A model generated the notes under the pieces. That model saw only the letters and a program-made list of their open reading frames with translations. It ran no database searches and was not told where the DNA came from. Below are positions 36,213 through 44,558 of a stretch of DNA of 52,514 nucleotides, one piece after another. Source of the stretch: a virus (taxonomy: Duplodnaviria > Caudoviricetes); the IMG/VR virus record IMGVR_UViG_3300017752_000017, positions 1-52,514 of that record. One strand, given 5' to 3'. How positions within the stretch are numbered: position 1 is the stretch's first letter; every line of letters starts with the position of its first letter. Both the position numbers and the translations under genes were made by a program.

Positions 36213-37062
36213 TTCGAACAATTTGTTACACAGAGTACACTGGGTGTGTAGCAAATACGATAACATTTCCATACCAAAAATGTTCTTTACATGTATCAGG
36301 AGTTATATAAATGATCACATGATAACTCCAGGTGATGTGTATATGGCATGGGATGATAAGCTGGTGCGAGGCAGTACAAATCATCGTAAACAGGCGCAAG
36401 ATGTTGAATATAAAGCGACACGTGATCATGAAAAAAATGCAAAAGTATATGACTTGTATAAACATCTACACAAGATGTGCAAGTACATCGGCTTCAAGAA
36501 CATGCACCCGGGTGTACTAGAAGCCGATGATGTGATCGCATTTCTTTCAAAAAAATTACCAGGTCATTCTGTGATAGTGAGTGTAGATCAAGATCTCTTG
36601 CAGTTGATAGACGAATCAACAGACGTATACAACCCCATAAAAAAACACATAATATCACATTCAAACTTTCAACAACATCAACCAGTACCTATTGAGCAGT
36701 TCGTATTTTACAAAGCTGCTATGGGTGACAAGTCTGATAACATCACAGGACTGAACAAAGTGGGTCCTAAGCGCGCAGTACAGCTTGTGTCAAGGGGTAT
36801 AGATAGACTGTCTCCTGATGATAGAGCCATAGTAGATAGAAACATACAGTTGATGGATTTAAATTACAGCTTGCAAGCGTATCCCGGTGAAATTAAACTG
36901 TACAAAAAACAATTAGACATAAGACAAAAAGAAAATGAAATCGATTATACACGTGTGATTGATGTATGCAAACAGATTGAGTGTAAAGACATGACTGAAG
37001 ATTTTATAACAAGCCTGCATGCTACGAGCAACACACCTACCGTGACGCAAATTTTGTCGTGA
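36184..37062 (+). CDS. rnh: 5'-3' exonuclease / RNase H (T4 rnh, Pol I 5'-nuclease family)
   Basis: IIDSNNL, YKATR, LEADDVIA, SVDQDLLQL and GDKSDNITG...VGPKRA. Confidence 0.9.
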   Translation: MTQQRNLIIDSNNLLHRVHWVCSKYDNISIPKMFFTCIRSYINDHMITPGDVYMAWDDKLVRGSTNHRKQAQDVEYKATRDHEKNAKVYDLYKHLHKMCKYIGFKNMHPGVLEADDVIAFLSKKLPGHSVIVSVDQDLLQLIDESTDVYNPIKKHIISHSNFQQHQPVPIEQFVFYKAAMGDKSDNITGLNKVGPKRAVQLVSRGIDRLSPDDRAIVDRNIQLMDLNYSLQAYPGEIKLYKKQLDIRQKENEIDYTRVIDVCKQIECKDMTEDFITSLHATSNTPTVTQILS

Positions 37063-38090
37063 TTGGTATACCTGAAGATTATGTGCTCCAAAAATTTTAT
37101 GAGCATGCTGGTTACCCTAAACACAAAAAAATAACAAATGTACACGAGGCCGGTTGCCCAACTTGTCAAGAAGGTCACAGTTGGGGTAAGAAGAGACGGT
37201 TATACTATATACCGAAAGAGAATGTGATATGCTGTCATAATTGTGGTTGGTATGGTTCACCTAAAAAATGGATACATCAAATCGCAAGAATGTCATATGA
37301 AGAAATTGATTACGAGTTAACTACCGGTGATTATAAGTACATTGACATGTCTCCAAAAGCAACACCAGTGTTACATAACATGGTAGTAGAGCCATTACCG
37401 AGAGATAGTATAAACATGTTCGATACTCAACAATTGAGATACTATAAAAATAACCAAATAGTAAAGAAGTGTTTGGATCTAATCGCATCTAGAAGGTTAG
37501 ACACAGCGGTCAACAGACCCAAGGCTTTGTATCTCAGCTTATCCGACAAGGTACATAAAAACCGATTATGCATACCATTTTATGATGTATCTGGTAACGT
37601 GACACATTATCAAACGCGAGGGTTTGTTGAGAGAGATCTAACAGAGAAACCTAAATACTTGTCAAAAATAAACAGCGCTAAAACTTTGTTTAATATAAAC
37701 AATGTACGTGTTGATGCGGACCACATGTACATTTTTGAAGGTCCTATAGATTCATTTTTTGTAAGAGACTCAGTAGCAACAGCAGGTATACAAGAATCAT
37801 CAGACGCATTATTTACAACCAAGCAACAACAGATGATAGAAACTAGACCGTTCGCGAACAGCATCTGGATACTCGATAATCAATGGGTGGATCAAGCCAG
37901 CAGAAACAAAACAAAATTATTAATAAAAAACAGTGTACCGGTTTTCATTTGGCCTAAATCTATCAAAGATTTTAAAGACTTCAATGATTTGACAATCAAC
38001 TACAAGCTGGATGAAATTGATTCAAATTTTATACACAGCAATACTTTCACCGGCATGACCGCTCGGTTGATGTTGAGTAAGATTAAATAG
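37059..38090 (+). CDS. gp61: DNA primase gp61
   Basis: CPTC...CHNCG zinc finger, RLCIPF, YQTR, PKYL, IFEGPIDSFF TOPRIM motif and KDFND. Confidence 0.92.
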   Translation: MIGIPEDYVLQKFYEHAGYPKHKKITNVHEAGCPTCQEGHSWGKKRRLYYIPKENVICCHNCGWYGSPKKWIHQIARMSYEEIDYELTTGDYKYIDMSPKATPVLHNMVVEPLPRDSINMFDTQQLRYYKNNQIVKKCLDLIASRRLDTAVNRPKALYLSLSDKVHKNRLCIPFYDVSGNVTHYQTRGFVERDLTEKPKYLSKINSAKTLFNINNVRVDADHMYIFEGPIDSFFVRDSVATAGIQESSDALFTTKQQQMIETRPFANSIWILDNQWVDQASRNKTKLLIKNSVPVFIWPKSIKDFKDFNDLTINYKLDEIDSNFIHSNTFTGMTARLMLSKIK

Positions 38091-38502
38091 TACCAGCTTT
38101 AGTTTCTTCGCTTCTTGCAGTGAGTAAATATTGCTTCAAAGACTCACTAAGACCTGATAGGTCTTGAGCTAACCGGGAGATTTTCTTAGATTCACTACGT
38201 TTAACATCCGCTAAGATGCTGTCACAATCTGTTCTGTTTAATTGTGAATTTATTGACCCGTCCTCCAGACCGTTAAGATATGCAATGAATGATTCAACTT
38301 CGGTGATCCATGTTTGCAGTGTGGTGATTGTGTTCGCCGTTTGTTGAGCTTGAAACTGTGCAACAGGATTGTCTGGTACGTCATTAAATGCTTCAGGGTT
38401 GGTCCCATCATCTAATCCTGATTGAAATGCTGCAGCATCACCAGCTGGCTCGTCTTGGTCTTCCTCTAGTAAATTGATAAACTTGTTTTGAAACACTTTC
38501 AT
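38083..38502 (-). CDS. Hypothetical late protein, possible internal head protein
   Basis: MKVFQNKFINLLEED N-terminus; TATAAATA upstream. Confidence 0.65.
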   Translation of the reverse strand: MKVFQNKFINLLEEDQDEPAGDAAAFQSGLDDGTNPEAFNDVPDNPVAQFQAQQTANTITTLQTWITEVESFIAYLNGLEDGSINSQLNRTDCDSILADVKRSESKKISRLAQDLSGLSESLKQYLLTARSEETKAGTI

Positions 38503-38510
38503 ATTAAAAA

Positions 38511-38535
38511 TATTTATAGCTGCCGGCCATAAATA
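38511..38535. promoter_or_regulatory. Back-to-back divergent late promoters
   Basis: TATAAATA on the - strand (38511-38518) and CATAAATA on the + strand (38528-38535). Confidence 0.75.
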
Positions 38536-38541
38536 ATTAAA

Positions 38542-38937
38542 ATGAGCACAGATAAAAAGTTGTTACTCGAGGATCTAACACAACCTGGTGGTGAGTATAA
38601 TAGTCACAAACACAACCCAGCGGGTATGAGCCAGCGGCCAAAGCAGGTCAGTCTAGCAGATTTAGTTGATTATCAAAAACGTATTGACAATTTAATGACA
38701 AGGGCGCCAAATGTCATGCCTTTTCCGTTGACAAGCAATTTAGTAGAACACATCGGTGAAATATACGTACAGGCCGCAAAGGTTCAATCTGAACTAGGTC
38801 AAGCGTATCAGAGTCCATTAATCTCAGATGATGAGCATGCGACTAAAACATTAAAATCACTATATAAGAAATTACAAAAAATAAAACTAATTGTAAAATC
38901 TGTAGCCGATGAGTTAAAACAGCTTGATATTGAGTAA
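38542..38937 (+). CDS. Hypothetical late protein
   Basis: 131 aa; ATG 6 nt after CATAAATA. Confidence 0.65.
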   Translation: MSTDKKLLLEDLTQPGGEYNSHKHNPAGMSQRPKQVSLADLVDYQKRIDNLMTRAPNVMPFPLTSNLVEHIGEIYVQAAKVQSELGQAYQSPLISDDEHATKTLKSLYKKLQKIKLIVKSVADELKQLDIE

Positions 38938-38951
38938 ACGTCTATTATAAT
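38924..38951 (+). promoter_or_regulatory. Sigma70-type promoter TTGATA-N16-TATAAT
   Basis: 6 nt upstream of the GTG at 38958. Confidence 0.7.
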
Positions 38952-38957
38952 AGATAC

Positions 38958-39416
38958 GTGAGTATTTATAGTTTAATAAGATCTGTGATGATCCTATGTG
39001 TAATTGGATCAATAGGATCGGTAATTGCATATAGTTTATCATATTCAACGATAAAGGGGTTTTTGTTAACACTGGTTGTTCAGCTAGTATTATATAATAT
39101 GTTCAAGTATATAAGAGACGGTTGGATGACAGTCAAAATTAAGCAGATGGAGCTTGAAGAGATAAAAAGTTTTGAAAAACAGGGAATGGATTTAGAGTGT
39201 GCACATTGTAGGCACATCACATATGTTCCTATCAGGTTTGATCAGCAGAACGTGCTTGAGTGTCCTGATTGTAATAAAAACAACGCTATATATTTGAATG
39301 TGACGGTTGCGCGTGAGACAGTACCACTCAACACTGAAGCGATCACAACCCGGTTATTGATTGATGAAGAAGAGAGAGTCAAGCAAACAATACGAGAATC
39401 AAATGACGATGAATAA
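38958..39416 (+). CDS. Membrane protein with two TM helices and a zinc ribbon
   Basis: Two N-terminal hydrophobic segments, then CAHC...CPDC. Confidence 0.7.
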   Translation: MSIYSLIRSVMILCVIGSIGSVIAYSLSYSTIKGFLLTLVVQLVLYNMFKYIRDGWMTVKIKQMELEEIKSFEKQGMDLECAHCRHITYVPIRFDQQNVLECPDCNKNNAIYLNVTVARETVPLNTEAITTRLLIDEEERVKQTIRESNDDE

Positions 39417-39825
39417 TGAAGAGTTAAAAATTTCAACCGAAGGTGCTAGCACAGCAAGTTCGATAAACGCACCATCCAAACCAGAAAAGGTAAACCTAGA
39501 TCAAGTGTTGAGTATATTGCAGAAGTATTTTAAAGACTGCTCTTATGATTGTGGTAAAAATTATACTGATGGAATGAACGTGGAATTAACTAGAGACAAG
39601 TTAGATTCTACAACATTGTTGACATGTATAATACGTATAGTATTTGATCAAATACGCTTACAGTCAGATCTCACAGAAAATAGAAAAATAGAACTCTCAT
39701 TGATTTTGCAGTCAATAGAGAAACAGCTACAAATATTAAGGACTGACGATAAAAATGTTGCATGTGTCGATGTTTTATGTAGAATAATAGGATACTGTAT
39801 GAAGAATTACAAGATATACAAATAA
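39403..39825 (+). CDS. Hypothetical protein
   Basis: ORF 39361-39825; likely start at the ATG at 39403. Confidence 0.55.
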   Translation: MTMNNEELKISTEGASTASSINAPSKPEKVNLDQVLSILQKYFKDCSYDCGKNYTDGMNVELTRDKLDSTTLLTCIIRIVFDQIRLQSDLTENRKIELSLILQSIEKQLQILRTDDKNVACVDVLCRIIGYCMKNYKIYK

Positions 39826-39832
39826 CTAAATT

Positions 39833-40093
39833 ATGATAGACTGCGACAAATACAAACAAAAAAAAATTAAATTAACAACGTCTGGTGATGAAAAATCTGA
39901 GATGTCATATTACGAGATGTCTAGATGGATGTCGCTGATAGAAGGAGTTGAATTTGTTGATAAAAAATGCAAACAGCTCAACATACCAGACTCGAGTAAC
40001 AGTTGGATCAAGCCAAATGCCTTGCAAAAATATCTCGATGAACGTACACCTAGTATGTTGTTTGAAATAACAAACGACGACACAATTTGCTAA
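39833..40093 (+). CDS. Hypothetical protein
   Basis: 86-aa ORF. Confidence 0.6.
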   Translation: MIDCDKYKQKKIKLTTSGDEKSEMSYYEMSRWMSLIEGVEFVDKKCKQLNIPDSSNSWIKPNALQKYLDERTPSMLFEITNDDTIC

Positions 40094-40094
40094 T

Positions 40095-40391
40095 ATGCAT
40101 TACATAATCGGATCAACACAATTAATTTTCCACCGAAAACCACCTAGAGTCGGTATTACATCTTCAACAAAGATGAACACCAAACCACAGGAGTTTGAGT
40201 ATAATAAGGTATACACGCTATACAATATAAAAAAGGTAGATGACGAATGGTGTTATGTATTTAGAGACTCCACCGGTAAATTAATTGATAAACACTTCGA
40301 ATCAACATCTCAAGCGGATAGTTGGATTGCAGAAAAGCGAGGAGATGTACTACCAGATTATAACAAATTTTATGTCAACAATAGCAGTTGA
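40095..40391 (+). CDS. Hypothetical protein
   Basis: 98-aa ORF abutting the gp14 stop. Confidence 0.6.
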   Translation: MHYIIGSTQLIFHRKPPRVGITSSTKMNTKPQEFEYNKVYTLYNIKKVDDEWCYVFRDSTGKLIDKHFESTSQADSWIAEKRGDVLPDYNKFYVNNSS

Positions 40392-41036
40392 TCAAACATA
40401 ATCACCATATATGTCATCATTGGCATTATACTCATCATAATCAAAAACCTCTTTTGATAGTTGATCTACCAACGGATCATCATCTACTTGTTCGCTAGCA
40501 CCTTCAGGTTCTAGACCTGGTTCATGGCTATAATCGTAGCGTTTAGCTTTTATCAACCAGACATAATGACCTAGTAGCGGATTTATTTGATTAACATCCT
40601 GATCCAATCGTTCTGTAATTTCAAATTTTTTCCCTGTTCTGTCACCTGGACGTGAGATACCAAGTTCAGACAAATCAAACACATCCCCGGATTTGGGTTC
40701 AGCACCTTCACCAAAAATGGTATAGTATGTGTTGATGTGTATGAAGCCAGTTATCTCATCATCTGCAACCAAACCGAATTGTTTCATAACAACAGCATTC
40801 TCATTTAATGTTAACGCTAAAATGATTCTTTTTGAGTCAGCAAACTGAGCTGTTGGTTGCTCACCATAAATCTCATCACTCGCGGATAATGAAAAGGTGT
40901 TTACAAAATATTCGACCTCGGTACCATACAACTGTAATTGTTCCTTCCACCAGCCATCATAGTTCTGCCGTTCATTGACATTTACACTTTTGTCTAGAAA
41001 TCTCAGACCTGAGTTAAATTTAAACACATCACTCAT
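40392..41036 (-). CDS. gp14: Neck protein gp14-like
   Basis: EQLQLYGTEVEY, DEIYGE, QFGLVADDE, PKSGD, FEITE, LGHYVW and YDYSHE. The ATG at 41036 overlaps the upstream TGA. Confidence 0.75.
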   Translation of the reverse strand: MSDVFKFNSGLRFLDKSVNVNERQNYDGWWKEQLQLYGTEVEYFVNTFSLSASDEIYGEQPTAQFADSKRIILALTLNENAVVMKQFGLVADDEITGFIHINTYYTIFGEGAEPKSGDVFDLSELGISRPGDRTGKKFEITERLDQDVNQINPLLGHYVWLIKAKRYDYSHEPGLEPEGASEQVDDDPLVDQLSKEVFDYDEYNANDDIYGDYV

Positions 41037-41350
41037 TTCCGTATAGTCCATCCTCCAGTGGGTAATTGTACGATCTTTATCCCTGTTGTGCCTAATTCTT
41101 TGCCTGTTTGAATGTCTTTTATATTGTATCGTTGTTTAATATAATTGATGTCACTAGGAGACAGCACAGCGCTGTTAGAACCTCCATCACGCTTCCGTAG
41201 AGATTCAACTTTGCTATTCAAGTCTCCACGACCTTTAGCGTACTGTGGTACTTGATTGAGTCTCTTTCTACTCAAACCTCTAGTAGCTCGCACTTGATAT
41301 GGCTTCAGGTCTTCATTCAGACAGGAAAGAAATATTTTGCTGTAAAGCAT
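41033..41350 (-). CDS. Hypothetical late protein
   Basis: MLYSKIFLSCLNED; TATAAATA (41356-41363) lies 5 nt upstream. Confidence 0.65.
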   Translation of the reverse strand: MLYSKIFLSCLNEDLKPYQVRATRGLSRKRLNQVPQYAKGRGDLNSKVESLRKRDGGSNSAVLSPSDINYIKQRYNIKDIQTGKELGTTGIKIVQLPTGGWTIRK

Positions 41351-41360
41351 ATCTATATTT

Positions 41361-41395
41361 ATAAAAAAACCCTGCGGCTTTCACCACAGGGTTTC
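41361..41395 (-). terminator. Rho-independent terminator overlapping a late promoter
   Basis: Minus strand AAACCCTGTGG-TGAAAG-CCGCAGGG-T7, running into TATAAATA. Confidence 0.8.
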
Positions 41396-41416
41396 AAATT
41401 GAGCGTTGTTGGTTAC

Positions 41417-42214
41417 TTAGCTTAAGAGACCTTGGTTGCCGCCCTTGACGTGTCCGTCAACTTTGTTGCTAGAACCTGAAGTCATTTTGCTAACTGTGTC
41501 GGGTAAGGATTTTGGTTTGCCACCGTCCTCTTGACCGCTTGTGTCTGCGCTAGCGCCACCGGTTGTAGTTTTGCTGGCATGCCCAGGTACCTTATTGTTG
41601 TTACCTGTAAGACCGGATGGATCATGACCAGGTTGTGAACCGTCATTAGTATGCTGTGCTTCTACACCTTCTGGAAATGGATTCTCATTTTCAAAGCCTC
41701 CATCCTCACCACCGTCGAGATCTTCAATTTCATCTTCACCTTCTCCTTCGATCTGGGAAAGAATCTCTTTAAGAGCACCAACTTGGTCTTGCGTTAATGT
41801 AATGGTAACGTCACCGCCCTCGATGCCGTCATCCATACCCTCATCACCTTCATCACCGAATCCAATGTCGAGAGAGTCACCTAACTCATCATCAGCTTCC
41901 ATGATTGTGGAGTACAATTTATCGAAAATATTTTTATCGCTCATAACACTATTTATATTGTCATTCACTGTTTTCACTGTTTTTTCAACTTTTTTTGACT
42001 TCGGAGCACCCTTGACAGTCTTATCTTTCTTATCTACCTCTGTTGGTGTGTTGATACCATCAACATTCTCTGGCCCGCTATTTTTCGGATGTACTTGGTC
42101 ATCGACGTTCTTTTCTGTATCAAAACCTTTGAGTTTAGTACTTTCTTGAAGAACATCTTCATAAAGTGTTTCAAGATCTTTCATGTGCCTGGTTAGATTT
42201 CTAGATTGTTTCAC
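41417..42214 (-). CDS. Acidic, Gly-rich late protein (core/scaffold/internal-protein-like)
   Basis: CATAAATA (42220-42227) lies 5 nt upstream of the GTG at 42214; low-complexity D/E/G composition. Confidence 0.65.
   Translation of the reverse strand: MKQSRNLTRHMKDLETLYEDVLQESTKLKGFDTEKNVDDQVHPKNSGPENVDGINTPTEVDKKDKTVKGAPKSKKVEKTVKTVNDNINSVMSDKNIFDKLYSTIMEADDELGDSLDIGFGDEGDEGMDDGIEGGDVTITLTQDQVGALKEILSQIEGEGEDEIEDLDGGEDGGFENENPFPEGVEAQHTNDGSQPGHDPSGLTGNNNKVPGHASKTTTGGASADTSGQEDGGKPKSLPDTVSKMTSGSSNKVDGHVKGGNQGLLS
41950..41957 (-). promoter_or_regulatory. Intragenic T4 late promoter TATAAATA
   Basis: Perfect consensus 5 nt upstream of the in-frame ATG at 41944. Confidence 0.65.
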
Positions 42215-42252
42215 GTAATTATTTATGTCCACAGGGAAGAAAAACAATTTTT

Positions 42253-43932
42253 ATGAAAACAAACACGAGAGACTATTATCTTGGAAACAAAAACTTACCA
42301 ACAGATTCAGCTAGATTTGAATATACATCAGGGATGGTTCGACAGCTCAAAAAAGCAAGTACAAACTTGCTATACTTTGCAGAGAATTTTTTTTACATAA
42401 TAAATCTTGACACTGGAAGACAGACAATCTCATTGCACAAATGTCAAAAACGTGCACTCCGAAAGATGAGAGACAATCGATTCATAATATTATTAGCAAG
42501 CCGACAGTGCGGAAAAACAACAATGATGACCATATATGCCCTCTGGAATGCATGCTTTAATGATGATCAAAGAGTGTTGATTGTAGCCAACAAAGAAGGT
42601 ACAGCTATAGAAATATTCCAAAGGATACGATTAGCATATGAAGAATTACCTAACTGGCTCAAACCTGGGGTGAAGGAATATGGAAAAACTAGCATGACAT
42701 TAACTAACGGTACTCGAATCGGTATTAGCACCACAACCGGTACAGCAGCAAGAGGTCAATCGGTCAATTGTTTGATATTGGATGAGCTGGCGTTTATCGA
42801 CACGCATTTAGTGGAGCCGTTCTGGAAGTCTGTATATCCTATTATTTCGAGCTCCAAAAAATCAAAAATTTTCATAGCTAGTACACCAAATGGAACGGAG
42901 AACTTATTTTATAAACTATACACCGGTGCAGATACCGGTGGTAACGGATGGACACCTGAGCGAATTGATTGGTGGGAAATTCCTGGTAGAGATGAAAAGT
43001 GGAGAGACCAGACTGTCAAGACATTAGGAAGCTCTGAAACATTTGATCAAGAGTTTGGTAACGTGTTTTTACAGACTGGTGAGAGTGTGATTGACGAAGA
43101 GTTGTTAGACATATTATCTCTAACCACAAAAACTCCAGAACATGTTCTTGAAGACGGTCATTATAAAATCTGGAATACACCAGAACCAGAACACATTTAT
43201 TGTGTTGGTGTAGATATTAGTGAAGGTGTAGGTCAAGCGTCATCTGTGATTCAGGTAATCGACATAACAGATTTGACTAACATTATACAAGTTGCTACAT
43301 ACGCTAGTAACAAGATCAATCCGTTCAACTTCACAACAAAATTATATGAAATATTACAACAGTGGGGATCTCCACTGGCATTGATAGAGAGAAACAATTG
43401 CGGAGCTCAAGTGGTTGATACACTCAAGAACAAATATTCATATGAAGGTATAGTCACATATATGCCAGATAAAACAAAGGTTTCTAACAACAGGATTGGA
43501 GTGATGGCACACACAAATACAAAATACAGAGGTGTGGTTAATATGAGATACTGGATGAACGAACTTAAGTGCGTTGCATTGCAGGATAAAGCCACAGTAC
43601 ATGAATTGAAAAATTTTGTGAGATATCCAAACGGTACATGGAAAGCTCGACAAGGTGCGGATATACATGATGATCGAGTGATGGCATTGATATGGGCTCT
43701 GATGATTTTAGAGACAAGCATAACACAAAGATATCTCGAGATAATAAAGACAGATGAGAATGACAAACCATTGATCGTTAAACCGCTTGATTATGGTATA
43801 CAGGCGTTTGAGCAAAAGGACGGTCCGATAACAAGTTTTTTACAAGATAACATGATGCCCGCCATGTTCAGTGATTATGACACACCAGCTGACTTGACGG
43901 ATTTAGAGTCTCAAGGTTGGGAGTTATTATAA
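42253..43932 (+). CDS. gp17: Terminase large subunit gp17
   Basis: YLGNKNL, SRQCGKTT, LILDELAF, STPNG, FDQEF, GVDISEG, IERNN and HDDRVMA. Confidence 0.96.
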   Translation: MKTNTRDYYLGNKNLPTDSARFEYTSGMVRQLKKASTNLLYFAENFFYIINLDTGRQTISLHKCQKRALRKMRDNRFIILLASRQCGKTTMMTIYALWNACFNDDQRVLIVANKEGTAIEIFQRIRLAYEELPNWLKPGVKEYGKTSMTLTNGTRIGISTTTGTAARGQSVNCLILDELAFIDTHLVEPFWKSVYPIISSSKKSKIFIASTPNGTENLFYKLYTGADTGGNGWTPERIDWWEIPGRDEKWRDQTVKTLGSSETFDQEFGNVFLQTGESVIDEELLDILSLTTKTPEHVLEDGHYKIWNTPEPEHIYCVGVDISEGVGQASSVIQVIDITDLTNIIQVATYASNKINPFNFTTKLYEILQQWGSPLALIERNNCGAQVVDTLKNKYSYEGIVTYMPDKTKVSNNRIGVMAHTNTKYRGVVNMRYWMNELKCVALQDKATVHELKNFVRYPNGTWKARQGADIHDDRVMALIWALMILETSITQRYLEIIKTDENDKPLIVKPLDYGIQAFEQKDGPITSFLQDNMMPAMFSDYDTPADLTDLESQGWELL

Positions 43933-43935
43933 ATA
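43928..43935 (+). promoter_or_regulatory. T4 late promoter TATAAATA
   Basis: Overlaps the gp17 stop; 6 nt upstream of the ATG at 43942. Confidence 0.75.
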
Positions 43936-43941
43936 GTTTAC

Positions 43942-44514
43942 ATGACAACTGAAATTTCTCAATCCGTCTTGAACAAATCAAGAACCGATAAATTCTTGAT
44001 GGTGCTGACACTACCAAAAGCGTTACGGGATGTTAACACGAAAAACGACCGGCAGAATACTAACGTGATACAGGACTCGCTTCAGTTTAGTATTTACGGA
44101 GTTGTTATACCTAAAGTAATGGTAACAGATGTGGAAGGGCGGTACTCCGGGCAAACATTTCATTTTACAAGTCACAAGCGACCGGCATATGAAAATGTCA
44201 GAGTAAAATTTACACTTGATAACAAATTTAATAACTACTGGGTGATTTACAAATGGATCAATCTCCTCAACAATAACCAAGAAGGTTTCTTTCATGCGGA
44301 TGATATACCCATCGTGGATCAACCTTATGAGCTGTATTCAACAACAATAACTGTTTATGGGTTAGATGAGTATGATAATAAGACTATACAGTTCGATTTT
44401 GTTGGTGTTATACCTGTATCTCTAGGAGAGATTGACTACAATTATAGAGATGCTAAAGAGATAGAATCTGAATTTGAATTCTCTTTTTCTCAGTTAATAG
44501 CTAAATTATTGTAA
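43942..44514 (+). CDS. Tail completion / tube-fold protein (gp3-like)
   Basis: YENVRVKFTLDNKFNNYWVIYKWI and FDFVGVIPVSLGEIDYNY...FSFS tail-tube fold pattern. Confidence 0.65.
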   Translation: MTTEISQSVLNKSRTDKFLMVLTLPKALRDVNTKNDRQNTNVIQDSLQFSIYGVVIPKVMVTDVEGRYSGQTFHFTSHKRPAYENVRVKFTLDNKFNNYWVIYKWINLLNNNQEGFFHADDIPIVDQPYELYSTTITVYGLDEYDNKTIQFDFVGVIPVSLGEIDYNYRDAKEIESEFEFSFSQLIAKLL

Positions 44515-44558
44515 AATGCAGGTAGAAACAAATAAATAATTTTAACTATTTATATATT

